From a virus (lineage: Duplodnaviria > Caudoviricetes): 64,000 nt of DNA. Position numbers and translations under genes: made by a program. Shown here piece by piece: positions 10,500 through 19,704 of the stretch (positions within the stretch are counted from its first letter, which is position 1; every line of letters begins with the position of its first letter). Below the pieces are notes generated by a model that ran no database searches, was not told where the DNA came from, and worked only from the letters and a program-made list of their open reading frames with translations. The stretch lies in the IMG/VR virus record IMGVR_UViG_3300006620_000007; one strand, 5' to 3'.

Positions 10500-12314
10500 T
10501 TAATTTTTGACTGTAATAAGTTTAGAATATTCGGGCAAATATAGGTATTCTACGTCGGATTTAGCAAGTGTACGTACAGCATCATCCAGTGTTTCAACTA
10601 AAGGTTCACCACCTAAATTAAAACTTGTGTTAAACACCATAGGAACACCTGTTTTTTCTTTAAATGCTTTAATTAAATTATAGTAGTTTTTGTTCTGCTT
10701 TTCGTTCACCGTTTGTATACGGCAAGTTCCGTCTACGTGTATAATAGCAGGAATCTTTTGTTCAATGCCCGGTTGACAATTTACAGCATACATCATTGTA
10801 GGCGAACTTTTCATACCACGTAAGTCAAACCATTCATGTACATCTTCTTCAAGAATAGTTCCAGCAAATGGTCTGAAATATTCTCTGCGTTTTACTTTGT
10901 TTACATGATCCTTACCATCTGGATCTGTTGGATCATATAGGAAACTTCTGTTACCTAAAGCACGTGGCCCGTTCTCACTTTGACCTTGGAATACAGCAAC
11001 AATGTTTTTATCAGAAATTAAATCAACGATATATCCATCTGAAGTATCAAATACTTCTGCTTCATGGTTCTTTGCTATGTTGTTAATTTGTTCATCAGTG
11101 TAATTGTATTGTGGTCCGTTGTATAATGTATCAACTGCTTCGTGTCTACTGCTGTCATTTGTAATAAGTCTATGCTGAATCATTGCCGCACCCATTGCCG
11201 TACCAGCGTCATTACTAACAGGCTCAACATATAAATTAATGCCTTCGTCTTTTAGTTCTTCTAAGTACCAATAATTTGCAACACAGTTTAATCCATAACC
11301 ACCACTAAGAACAATATTCTTATTCCCAGTCATCTTCACTGCTTTTCTAATTAAGTCAGCAACTTGTTTTTGCGTTTGTGTTTGCACAGCATACGCCATA
11401 TCTCTTCTGTTGTCTAATTTTGTAACATCTTCTTCTTGACCTTCACGATCTCTTGTTTCTTCAATAAAGTTTTTATTAACATAAGCACCATTAGGGTATG
11501 TTGGAATAATTACATTTCTATTTGATAACGGATTTGTTAAATCTTCTGTAAACAATTTAGGAATATTATTGTTTTCTTTACCATATGGAAATAGTCCCAT
11601 AGTCTTACCTGCTTCAATAAAACTAAAGCCACAGTATTCGGTTACTGCTTCATATGTTTTTACAATACCTGCTGTTTCACTAATAACAATTTCGGGTATA
11701 GTTCCGTCACCTTCACCGAAAAAGTCTGCGTTAAATTTTGGATATTCAGCACCAACAAGTGGACCATAAGTACCTAAATGTTTGTACACTGTTTTAATAG
11801 TTGCAGGATATTCACAAGTATAAATGCTTTCTGTTTCCCAAAGTGTAGTTGGATTGTTAGGATCACCGCCCATGTTTGCAGTAAAGAAAGTTCCAGCACC
11901 ATCTACGATAACTGCTGTTGCAGTTTCAAAACCTGAATTATAAAAACTTAATCCAGCATGTAGTTTGTGATGAAAATAACTTAGGTCAATTACTTGTGGG
12001 TGTTTAGGAAGTAACTTAGGATTTCTATCAATAAGTCCTAATTTACGTGCAATACCTGTGTAAACATCGTCGCCTGTAAAGTCAACTTGACCTGCTGTTG
12101 CTTCTAAACTTTGTGTATGTGCAATACAAAGATAATCTAACTTGTCAGTATAATCAAGTATTTTCATCATAGATGCATACGGACCTCCGTCATACTTGTG
12201 TCTACTTAAACGTTCTTCTTCAATAGAAAATACTACTTCTCCATCTTTAAGTAAACATACTCCTCCGTTATGTCCTCTGGCTATTCCTGCTATCCACAAT
12301 GTTGGTTTTTTCAT
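10500..12314 (-). CDS. Carbamoyltransferase, NodU/CmcH/TobZ family
   Basis: HHKLHA, VDGAG, GKTMGL..YG, SGGYGLNCVAN, NDAGTAMGAA, ENGPRALGNRS, KRRE.FRPFA, HVDGTCRIQTV, NTSFNLGGEPLVET. Confidence 0.93.
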   Translation of the reverse strand: MKKPTLWIAGIARGHNGGVCLLKDGEVVFSIEEERLSRHKYDGGPYASMMKILDYTDKLDYLCIAHTQSLEATAGQVDFTGDDVYTGIARKLGLIDRNPKLLPKHPQVIDLSYFHHKLHAGLSFYNSGFETATAVIVDGAGTFFTANMGGDPNNPTTLWETESIYTCEYPATIKTVYKHLGTYGPLVGAEYPKFNADFFGEGDGTIPEIVISETAGIVKTYEAVTEYCGFSFIEAGKTMGLFPYGKENNNIPKLFTEDLTNPLSNRNVIIPTYPNGAYVNKNFIEETRDREGQEEDVTKLDNRRDMAYAVQTQTQKQVADLIRKAVKMTGNKNIVLSGGYGLNCVANYWYLEELKDEGINLYVEPVSNDAGTAMGAAMIQHRLITNDSSRHEAVDTLYNGPQYNYTDEQINNIAKNHEAEVFDTSDGYIVDLISDKNIVAVFQGQSENGPRALGNRSFLYDPTDPDGKDHVNKVKRREYFRPFAGTILEEDVHEWFDLRGMKSSPTMMYAVNCQPGIEQKIPAIIHVDGTCRIQTVNEKQNKNYYNLIKAFKEKTGVPMVFNTSFNLGGEPLVETLDDAVRTLAKSDVEYLYLPEYSKLITVKN

Positions 12315-12315
12315 A

Positions 12316-13248
12316 TTAAAATCCTACGTATCCTATGTGATTATAATCAACTACCTCTTTTAAAATTGCTTCTTCGAAACTTAAAAGGTCGCGATTTTCA
12401 TCTTTTAGTTTATCTAATAGTTCAACTGTACTATGTTGTTTATCGTTATTTTTGCTTTTAAGACCCAAACTTGGACGAACTACTTCGTTCAAATAATCAT
12501 AATGTTGCCAATGACTTGGGTGTGGTTCCATCCAATCTTCATTTGTATTTGGGTCGTAAAAATCATAATGTTTTTCTTTACGTTTCCAAGCAAACAAACC
12601 TAAAGGTTCTAACCAATTTGTTTTGTCTATGTTTTCGTAAACTTTTAATTCAGGTCTTTCTTTATATACATCAACAGTATCAGTTGGTGTTTCTCCAAAG
12701 TCATTTATGTTTGGCATGTCTGTACCTAACTTATTCATGTGTCCAATGCTTGTCATACGCCATGTACAACCTGTGCTTTCTAATAATCCTTGTGTAAGTA
12801 TTATTGCATTTTGTCCATGCATATAATAACTATGTTCGTCCCAGAATGTATTAATCCAGTTGTCATCATAGCAAACTTCTCTATTCATGTAATTAAAAAT
12901 ACTGCCTTTAGTTTTCCAACCTATTTCATCAGTGTTTCTAATTGCATCTCCACGTTTACCTTTAAACTCTACAGTTCTAAAAGTATGCCAGTCGTTACGT
13001 GTATGTGTACTCCATTGTACAATTACTGTATCGTCTTTTGTGAGATTATTTTTTACGTGGCATTCTGCAACACGTTCTGCAATAGCACGATTGCCTAAAC
13101 CAGGAAAGCCCCAGTTCTCATAATGATCGAATTCGTAACCTAAGAAATCAGCATACGTTGGCCACGCATACATAGTAAAACTACAACCAAATACAAATAG
13201 TCTATTCTTTTTGCTCTGGTGCTTCTGGGATTTCAACTCTTGTTCCAT
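12316..13248 (-). CDS. SGNH/GDSL-like hydrolase or acyltransferase
   Basis: FGCSFT (block I-like), G.GN, VIVQWS...R and C-terminal EPHPS...H. The real start may lie downstream of the track start, which overlaps the upstream gene. Confidence 0.55.
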   Translation of the reverse strand: MEQELKSQKHQSKKNRLFVFGCSFTMYAWPTYADFLGYEFDHYENWGFPGLGNRAIAERVAECHVKNNLTKDDTVIVQWSTHTRNDWHTFRTVEFKGKRGDAIRNTDEIGWKTKGSIFNYMNREVCYDDNWINTFWDEHSYYMHGQNAIILTQGLLESTGCTWRMTSIGHMNKLGTDMPNINDFGETPTDTVDVYKERPELKVYENIDKTNWLEPLGLFAWKRKEKHYDFYDPNTNEDWMEPHPSHWQHYDYLNEVVRPSLGLKSKNNDKQHSTVELLDKLKDENRDLLSFEEAILKEVVDYNHIGYVGF

Positions 13249-14185
13249 CTTTAACCATACTGTTCACTGACTTAACAACTAAATCTTCTATAGTGTCATT
13301 CATTGCCATGATACCTTCATTAGTTCTGTCAGACCATTCATCTATTGTAATTCTAATAGGACTATAAACTCTTGCCCCTTCGCCCATGTCAAGGATGTCA
13401 AACTTAGGATTTTCAGGATAAGAAATATTTTCTTTGAATGTTGATCCAACAACAATAGTTGCTGAACAATCTAAAGCATTAACAATATGTCCGCCTACAC
13501 TATCACAACCTAAGAAGTGATCTGCGGCTTGAATAATTCCACACCAGAATCTTAAATCAATGTTTTGTGGAATAGCAACAGGTGCTTTTACACCATGCTT
13601 TTGGAACTCAATAGCAATTTCACTCATAAAGATTACACCAAAGTCTTTAGAAAGTTTTTTTACAATGTTTACTACGTTCTCTGGGTCAAAACTTCTTCCG
13701 CTTGGATCGCCAATCATTCCATTTTCGTTAACTGTTCCTCTACCAAATGGTTGGAACACAACTACTTTATCTTTTTTAGTTTTTTCTTTTACTTCTTGGA
13801 TTAACTTAACACCTGACATTGCTTCTTGTTGGCTAAGTTTAATTGTAGGTCTTGGTAAATCTCTTACACCTTTATTATTAATTTCAATGTCATAACACTG
13901 TCCTAAAGACGCTTTCTGATTATAATATTCCCATACTCTATATGGTTCAGGTGTTTTTAATTCACGGTCAATTAACTTATCTTCGAATAAGTTTTTGTGA
14001 AATACATCGTATGCTTTTTTGTGTAGTACAGGGTGTCCTTTATAAAAGTCCATTCCGCCTTCGCACACGATAATAAAATCGTCATCTGGGTTTTCTTTAT
14101 GATAGAGTTCTAAAGCAGGAATACTTGTAATAACTCTGCCTGCTCCACCGTTAATAAAAAATGCTGTGTTTCGTTTTGTTGACAT
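13202..14185 (-). CDS. Glycosyltransferase, GT9 (ADP-heptose heptosyltransferase)-like
   Basis: N-terminal GGAGRVITSIPAL (cf. GT9 G.GD.....P.L) and C-terminal IIQAADHFLGCDSVGGHIVNAL (cf. GT9 xDSGxxHxAxA). Confidence 0.65.
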   Translation of the reverse strand: MSTKRNTAFFINGGAGRVITSIPALELYHKENPDDDFIIVCEGGMDFYKGHPVLHKKAYDVFHKNLFEDKLIDRELKTPEPYRVWEYYNQKASLGQCYDIEINNKGVRDLPRPTIKLSQQEAMSGVKLIQEVKEKTKKDKVVVFQPFGRGTVNENGMIGDPSGRSFDPENVVNIVKKLSKDFGVIFMSEIAIEFQKHGVKAPVAIPQNIDLRFWCGIIQAADHFLGCDSVGGHIVNALDCSATIVVGSTFKENISYPENPKFDILDMGEGARVYSPIRITIDEWSDRTNEGIMAMNDTIEDLVVKSVNSMVKDGTRVEIPEAPEQKE

Positions 14186-14215
14186 TATATTTTATAGTTC
14201 CTTTTATGCAATTAC

Positions 14216-15049
14216 TTATTGTGTAGTTGGTTTTGTTTCGTCATTCGTGACATAGTCCCAAAAGAAATGTTGTTGTCCTGTGCGTGGCACTTGTACTACC
14301 CATTCACCGTCAACTAATACTCCACTTGGACTACTTGTTGGTAAGTCTTCTCTTTCACCAAACTTATCACAGCAACTATCGACAGTAATAATAGGAATAC
14401 CATATTGTGAACTCATCATACGTAGGTGTACGTCATGCCATTCCATCCATAAACTGTCTTGACTGTTTCCTCTATCTCCATTTGTAGCATGTAATATAAC
14501 TTCTACTTGATGTATACTTGCCATTAATGGTAGACTTGGTGCGTTAAATCTAAATCCATTACCCCAAAAATCATTACATATCATTCCGCATGTTCTTACA
14601 CCGTCAAGATAATGTGTTTTAGTTGTTCCTGGTGGATCTGCTAATACTTGGTCCCAACTATGATGTGGACTATCTTCTCCACCAACGATATATTGTTTGT
14701 TAGTTGCTCCAAGTAATTCGCCTTGTTTATCGTAATATCTAATTTGATTTTTTCTAATACTTCCTCTATGCTCGACATCAACCCATAATGTACCAAGTGC
14801 AATACCCATTCCTTTTGAGTTTGCATGTGTAATTACTTTGTATGCAGATTTGGCTAAATCAGGCATACCATTTTCTAATACTAAATCAAAGTTTGGAAAA
14901 TAACCTGATAGCGAACCTTCAGGTGTTAGTAACCAGTCGCAGTTATTTTCTGCGGCCCAGTCAATTGCCTTAATGATACTTGCTTCATTCTTTTCAAGAT
15001 TCTGTGTTACAGGTATTTGAGCACCCGCAAATCTAACTGTATTACTCAT
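14216..15049 (-). CDS. Carbon-nitrogen hydrolase (nitrilase superfamily)
   Basis: AGAQ.P, catalytic Glu in TPEGSLSGY, Lys in NKQY, Cys in GMICNDFW. Confidence 0.85.
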   Translation of the reverse strand: MSNTVRFAGAQIPVTQNLEKNEASIIKAIDWAAENNCDWLLTPEGSLSGYFPNFDLVLENGMPDLAKSAYKVITHANSKGMGIALGTLWVDVEHRGSIRKNQIRYYDKQGELLGATNKQYIVGGEDSPHHSWDQVLADPPGTTKTHYLDGVRTCGMICNDFWGNGFRFNAPSLPLMASIHQVEVILHATNGDRGNSQDSLWMEWHDVHLRMMSSQYGIPIITVDSCCDKFGEREDLPTSSPSGVLVDGEWVVQVPRTGQQHFFWDYVTNDETKPTTQ

Positions 15050-15094
15050 ACAATTATTTACGTATTGGGTATAGTGTTTAGTGTGAGATTTGGC

Positions 15095-16054
15095 TTATGC
15101 AGTACCGCATGGCGAACGTGGAACATCTACTTTCCAAGCCGCATAACGTTGGCATTTGTGAACTTTAAATGTAGCACCTGTACCAGCATCAGCACCGCCG
15201 TCTACTGCTTCGTACGTGAATGTAGCACCAGCAAATTCTTTTGCCGCTCTTCCTTCTACAATATCTTGACCATCGTTGATTGCTTGGTTACTACTTAAAG
15301 TTAAAGCAGTAATAGCACCACTGTTAACTGTTTTTACTGTAGCAATAAGATGATCAGCAATGATAAAATTGTCTAAGTCTGCTTTTGCAAATTTAATTTT
15401 GTCACCTACTTCGTAATTAGAACCGCCAGCAGTAATATCAACAGCAAAACTATCTCCAAAACTTACTGGAATATCTCTTAATGCTTGTCTATATGTTGCC
15501 CATTCTGCTTTAATTCCTGCAGGCATATCTGAAGTTGTTTTATCGTCTGACCAACCTAACAAAGATGTTCTGTGTCTACGTAAGTGAGCCCAAGTAATGT
15601 GTGGTTTTTTCCAAGGATAGTGTGAAGTACCACCTTTAATTGAACTTGCAACTTTAATAAATTCATCGTTGTTGTTACATTCGATATCAAATTTTTCGTA
15701 TGTGTGATGTGGATCTGGATCAACGTATGTAACATACTCTACACCATTTGGCAATGTTTCTGTAATAGTTTCGTGTTCATCTTCTTCAACATCTGCTTCC
15801 ATTAGTGAACAAATAATTGGATACTCTCTACAATCTACTAAAACTTTTCTTAGGTTTACAGGTGCATTGAAGTCCATTCCATCTTCTTCTTCCATGTATC
15901 CTGCAGGTGCAATCTTGTTTGTTGCTTTATCAATGAACACCCACATAGTCTCAGGACCTTCGTAAGTGTGTGTACCTTGTAACTGTTCGTTATCAAACTG
16001 ACCCAGGTATTCATCTGGTTTAGGATAGTTAAATGTGTGTCTAATATTTGCCAT
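15095..16054 (-). CDS. Tail fibre assembly chaperone-like protein with an inserted beta domain
   Basis: W..LR..R..LL..SD....DMP......W..YRQALRDIP motif; paralog of 17548..18252 (both FxYxxPDxYLxQ and YxGPxxxWxFIDK). Confidence 0.75.
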   Translation of the reverse strand: MANIRHTFNYPKPDEYLGQFDNEQLQGTHTYEGPETMWVFIDKATNKIAPAGYMEEEDGMDFNAPVNLRKVLVDCREYPIICSLMEADVEEDEHETITETLPNGVEYVTYVDPDPHHTYEKFDIECNNNDEFIKVASSIKGGTSHYPWKKPHITWAHLRRHRTSLLGWSDDKTTSDMPAGIKAEWATYRQALRDIPVSFGDSFAVDITAGGSNYEVGDKIKFAKADLDNFIIADHLIATVKTVNSGAITALTLSSNQAINDGQDIVEGRAAKEFAGATFTYEAVDGGADAGTGATFKVHKCQRYAAWKVDVPRSPCGTA

Positions 16055-16067
16055 GTTTTTTTCCTTA

Positions 16068-16790
16068 TTAGTAGTAAACTACGTAAACTAAGCCTCCTGC
16101 TCCTGGTGAACCACAACAACAAACTTCGCCGTATGCTTGTGCAGACATACCGCCGCCACCTGGAAATAATCCAAAGCCTTGCGATCCGCCCCAACCACAA
16201 CATCCGTTTGGTCCGTTTCTAAATCCGCCTCTACCATATGAATCAGCAACCATCATGTTACCTCTATCATGGCAGTATTGACTTAATTGTGAAGTAGATT
16301 GTGTAGCACCAATACCAAAGTCCATTCCTGAGTGTCCATGTCTACAGTATCTCATTCTACAACATGAATAACATGTTCTGTACATGAAACATTCTGTACG
16401 CATAACTCTTCCTCCACATGCTCTTGCACACCATTGACCGTCTCTACATACATATGAATCACAACCTTGTTGACAGTTTCCTTTTTGTCTACAGCAAGTT
16501 GAACCTGCCGCACAAATTGTTAATTGATCTCCTGGAGCCACCTCAGAAGCCTTTTGACCATAACTTCCACCAGTTGATGGATATCCCATTTGGCAACAGC
16601 AACCACCGTCACCAGCCGCGCCACCGCCCCATATTTCAAAAGTTGCATATGAAACGCCTGCCGGTACAGTCCACAAACAACATCTTCCGCCGTTGTTTGG
16701 AGAAGTAGTACTTGTGTTATAGACTGCAAGTTCCTGTGGAACCGCTTTGGCCTCTTCATAACCGAATAAAAAATCTCTTAATGTTGACAT
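16068..16790 (-). CDS. Cys/Gly-rich fibre-tip/adhesin-like protein, paralog C
   Basis: GGRCCLWTVPAG..ATFEIWGGG..G.GGCCC, FPGGGG, C-terminal GLVYVVYY; about 24 Cys in 240 aa (hand count). Confidence 0.65.
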   Translation of the reverse strand: MSTLRDFLFGYEEAKAVPQELAVYNTSTTSPNNGGRCCLWTVPAGVSYATFEIWGGGAAGDGGCCCQMGYPSTGGSYGQKASEVAPGDQLTICAAGSTCCRQKGNCQQGCDSYVCRDGQWCARACGGRVMRTECFMYRTCYSCCRMRYCRHGHSGMDFGIGATQSTSQLSQYCHDRGNMMVADSYGRGGFRNGPNGCCGWGGSQGFGLFPGGGGMSAQAYGEVCCCGSPGAGGLVYVVYY

Positions 16791-16805
16791 ACTACTATTT
16801 ACTCC

Positions 16806-17546
16806 TTATGTTGCAGTGTAGTAAACTGTTACTAATCCGCCCATTCCTTTCGCTCCGCAATAACATGTTTCGTTATGTGTTACACCTGAAGCGCCACCGC
16901 CCCCTGGGAACACGCCATGATCACCTTGACTTTGTCCATGTGTTTTATAACAGCCTGAACGTGACATTCTTGTAACTCCTGTAAATGGTGCACTTGGCAT
17001 AAACTGGTGCATGTCTGATGCACAGTGAGCTGAGCCATGTCCGCCACCTGTTGTACCACACATTGCCAATGTAGCACCGTTAACACAACCGCAATTAAAC
17101 ATTTGACATCCACTGTATGAACAGTTTTGACTCCAAAAACATTTTGAAGCCGCTTCTGATCCACCTGATGAACACATACAAAAACCACTTGGTCCACATA
17201 CGTAACTTGGAAATCCTCTACAACTGTAACATCTTGAGTGACAGCATGTACTACCACCTGCACAAATTGTAAATGTTTCGCTTGGCGCTACTGTAATAAT
17301 TCGTCTACCATAAGAACCTGATCCACCTGACCAACCTTGTTGGCAACAGCACACTCCAGCACCTGGACCACCGCCACCCCAAACTTCAAAAGCCGCCCAT
17401 TCAGCACCTGCTGGTACTGTCCATTGGCAACATTTACCACCGTTGTTTTGATCGGTAACGTTTGTAGCGTATACTCTTAATGAAGTTAATGGAGCAGATG
17501 CTCCTGAAGATGTTCCGTATTGTAATAAGGTTCTTAAACTTGACAT
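16806..17546 (-). CDS. Cys/Gly-rich fibre-tip/adhesin-like protein, paralog B
   Basis: GGKCCQWTVPAG...FEVWGGGG.G.GVCCC, FPGGGG, GLVTVYY; about 23 Cys in 246 aa. Confidence 0.65.
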   Translation of the reverse strand: MSSLRTLLQYGTSSGASAPLTSLRVYATNVTDQNNGGKCCQWTVPAGAEWAAFEVWGGGGPGAGVCCCQQGWSGGSGSYGRRIITVAPSETFTICAGGSTCCHSRCYSCRGFPSYVCGPSGFCMCSSGGSEAASKCFWSQNCSYSGCQMFNCGCVNGATLAMCGTTGGGHGSAHCASDMHQFMPSAPFTGVTRMSRSGCYKTHGQSQGDHGVFPGGGGASGVTHNETCYCGAKGMGGLVTVYYTAT

Positions 17547-17547
17547 A

Positions 17548-18252
17548 TTATTCGTCGTCCTCTACTGATGCAATATCTGCGCCTGGTTCTACTGGAAAGT
17601 TTACCATATGTGCTGGAAACTCATCTGCTTCGCCATGTTTGAATAATGCTGGTAAATCACGTAATTTTTGTCTGTAATCTGTCCAAAGTGCTTTAGTAGC
17701 CGCTGGCATATCATCAGCAATCTTACTGTCTGATCCTGCTAACATATTGTTTCTTACAATAATTAACTGATCCCATGATGTCCAAGGTTGTTTCCATTTC
17801 ATAGTCCATGTACCGCCAGTATATTTTCCGTCAGTTAATGTACCATCTTGATTGTAAACACACTCGTCTAATTCGTATGTATGATCAACATCAGTTGGGT
17901 CTGGTCTTTCGTATGTAGTACCATCTGGTAAGTCTACAACAATGTTTGTTTGACCAACTACTGTATCCCACTCTGTTTGTGCATCAAACAATGAACAAAT
18001 TACTGGATCAGCATTGCAGTCTACTTCAACTTTATATTGATCTTCTGGTACAGGAAAATCTGCACCGTTTTCTTCTTCTGTTAAAACAAGACGTGATGTA
18101 TCACTACGCCCTGTATCTTTATCTATAAAAATCCAAATCTTGTCCGGCCCGTTGTACTTTGCATTTGCGGTGTTGCCGTCTGCATTTGTTTGGGCAAGAT
18201 AGTCATCTGGAAGATTATAACTAAAGTCTTTTTGTATAATTGTATTTGGCAT
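17548..18252 (-). CDS. Tail fibre assembly chaperone-like protein
   Basis: W.QL...RNNML..SD.....DMP......W.DYRQKLRDLP...FP.EP. Confidence 0.75.
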   Translation of the reverse strand: MPNTIIQKDFSYNLPDDYLAQTNADGNTANAKYNGPDKIWIFIDKDTGRSDTSRLVLTEEENGADFPVPEDQYKVEVDCNADPVICSLFDAQTEWDTVVGQTNIVVDLPDGTTYERPDPTDVDHTYELDECVYNQDGTLTDGKYTGGTWTMKWKQPWTSWDQLIIVRNNMLAGSDSKIADDMPAATKALWTDYRQKLRDLPALFKHGEADEFPAHMVNFPVEPGADIASVEDDE

Positions 18253-18272
18253 TATATTTTCTCCATTATCCT

Positions 18273-19004
18273 TTAACTATAACTAACTTTTACCGCACCT
18301 GCTTGTCCCCAGCCGCCCCAGCAACATGGTTCTCCGCAAGCCGCTCCACCGCCGCCGCCTCCGCCTGGGAAAGCCGCTAAACAGTTGAAACATGAACCAG
18401 TGTTTGTAAAGTTACCCGCACACCAGTCTTTAGTTCTTCTTGACACACCAAAATGAGCAGGACCTGTTACAAAGTTCCACATTTGGTTATGACAATACTG
18501 ACTTCTTTTTGAACTTCCTGTAATTTGTGGAAGTCCCCAATCTCCTGTACCACACTGCCATACAAATGATGGGTGACAAGTGTATGCATCAGTAAAGCAA
18601 CATGCTTTACCTCCACAACCACCTGGTGCACAAGTTGTTGGAATACTTGAACCAGTAACAAAACTTGGATAGCCGTTTCCGCCTATACATCCGTGACAGC
18701 AACATACTGTTGAACCGCCTGCACAGATTGTATATTGACAGCCTGCCGTACTTTGAATTGTTCTGATTGCGTAAGACCCGCCTGCCGCCGGTCTATTAGG
18801 AAACTGACAACAGCAACCTCCATGGCCTCCGCCACCACCGCCCCATAACTCGAAAGTTATGTTAACTTTGTTTGCTGGTAAGGTCCAAAGACAACATCTA
18901 CCACCGTTACCGATGCCCGTATTATCATTCCATACCCAAAAGTTTCTGAGAACTCCTGCTTTCGCTGGTTCCACGTCTGAAAGAAAATTACGTAGTGTTG
19001 ACAT
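18273..19004 (-). CDS. Cys/Gly-rich fibre-tip/adhesin-like protein, paralog A
   Basis: GGRCCLWTLPA...TFELWGGGGGGHGGCCC, FPGGGG, GAVKVSY; about 24 Cys in 243 aa. Confidence 0.65.
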   Translation of the reverse strand: MSTLRNFLSDVEPAKAGVLRNFWVWNDNTGIGNGGRCCLWTLPANKVNITFELWGGGGGGHGGCCCQFPNRPAAGGSYAIRTIQSTAGCQYTICAGGSTVCCCHGCIGGNGYPSFVTGSSIPTTCAPGGCGGKACCFTDAYTCHPSFVWQCGTGDWGLPQITGSSKRSQYCHNQMWNFVTGPAHFGVSRRTKDWCAGNFTNTGSCFNCLAAFPGGGGGGGAACGEPCCWGGWGQAGAVKVSYS

Positions 19005-19024
19005 GTTATTCTTTTCCTATTATC

Positions 19025-19351
19025 TTACGTTCCACTAATAATCCAGCCGTAAGTTGCACCTGTGTAAACAAGTGTTACTGCCGCATTATTAATATCTAAT
19101 GTTAAATCTTCGCTTAAATTCTGGATTTTCGCGCCGTTACGTCCTACAGTTAAGTTTGAGTTTGCAAACGCTCCTGTTACGTCAACAATCTGAACTGTAT
19201 CGTTTTCTAACAAACTTGTGCTAAGAGGTAGAGTTACCGTAAAGCCTCCACCTGTACATAGAATTCTGTCATTAACTTCAGCATTGTATGTCGTACTAAC
19301 GGTTCTGAGTACAGTACCAGCGGTTCCAGTTGTAGTTATGTATCTTCCCAT
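19025..19351 (-). CDS. Small fibre connector-type domain (T4 gp9/gp34 N-terminal-like)
   Basis: GGFTVTLP......D.V.IVD..G.F...NLTV.RNG.KI....EDL.LD.N.A.V.LVY.....GW pattern. Confidence 0.6.
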   Translation of the reverse strand: MGRYITTTGTAGTVLRTVSTTYNAEVNDRILCTGGGFTVTLPLSTSLLENDTVQIVDVTGAFANSNLTVGRNGAKIQNLSEDLTLDINNAAVTLVYTGATYGWIISGT

Positions 19352-19373
19352 TGTTTTATCCTTCTATATGTAT

Positions 19374-19691
19374 TTATGCCGCAGTCTCAATACCGAACGC
19401 GACTGCACTAACATTTCCTGAACTTGATCTAACGACCAACTTCTTCCCTGCGTCCATTACTATCCCCGATCTCTCAAGTACACCGTGTGCCAAGACTTCC
19501 GTCTCCCACTCTATATACTCTGCGCCTGTTGGGGTATCAGCCGCCGCAACTGCCATTTGCACACCAATTGCTTGATTTCCTCTATTACACACCGAACACG
19601 TTACAACTGCATAGTTGTCAGTTGGCACAGTATATACGGTAGTGTTAGTTCCAGCGACCAAATCGCTCGCTCCTAATCTTCCTGTTGCCAT
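19374..19691 (-). CDS. Small virion protein (family shared with 33671..34000 and 41675..42031)
   Basis: VYTVP.....V....CN ... IVMDAG..L.V pattern shared with the two paralogs. Confidence 0.6.
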   Translation of the reverse strand: MATGRLGASDLVAGTNTTVYTVPTDNYAVVTCSVCNRGNQAIGVQMAVAAADTPTGAEYIEWETEVLAHGVLERSGIVMDAGKKLVVRSSSGNVSAVAFGIETAA

Positions 19692-19704
19692 GGTTTAATC
19701 TCCT

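Noticed and set aside
16068-19004. Cys-rich ORFs as RiPP precursors or metallothioneins
   Set aside because: Too long, with a Gly-rich fibre-tip scaffold and tail chaperones beside them; no radical SAM, YcaO or lanthionine enzymes in the window.
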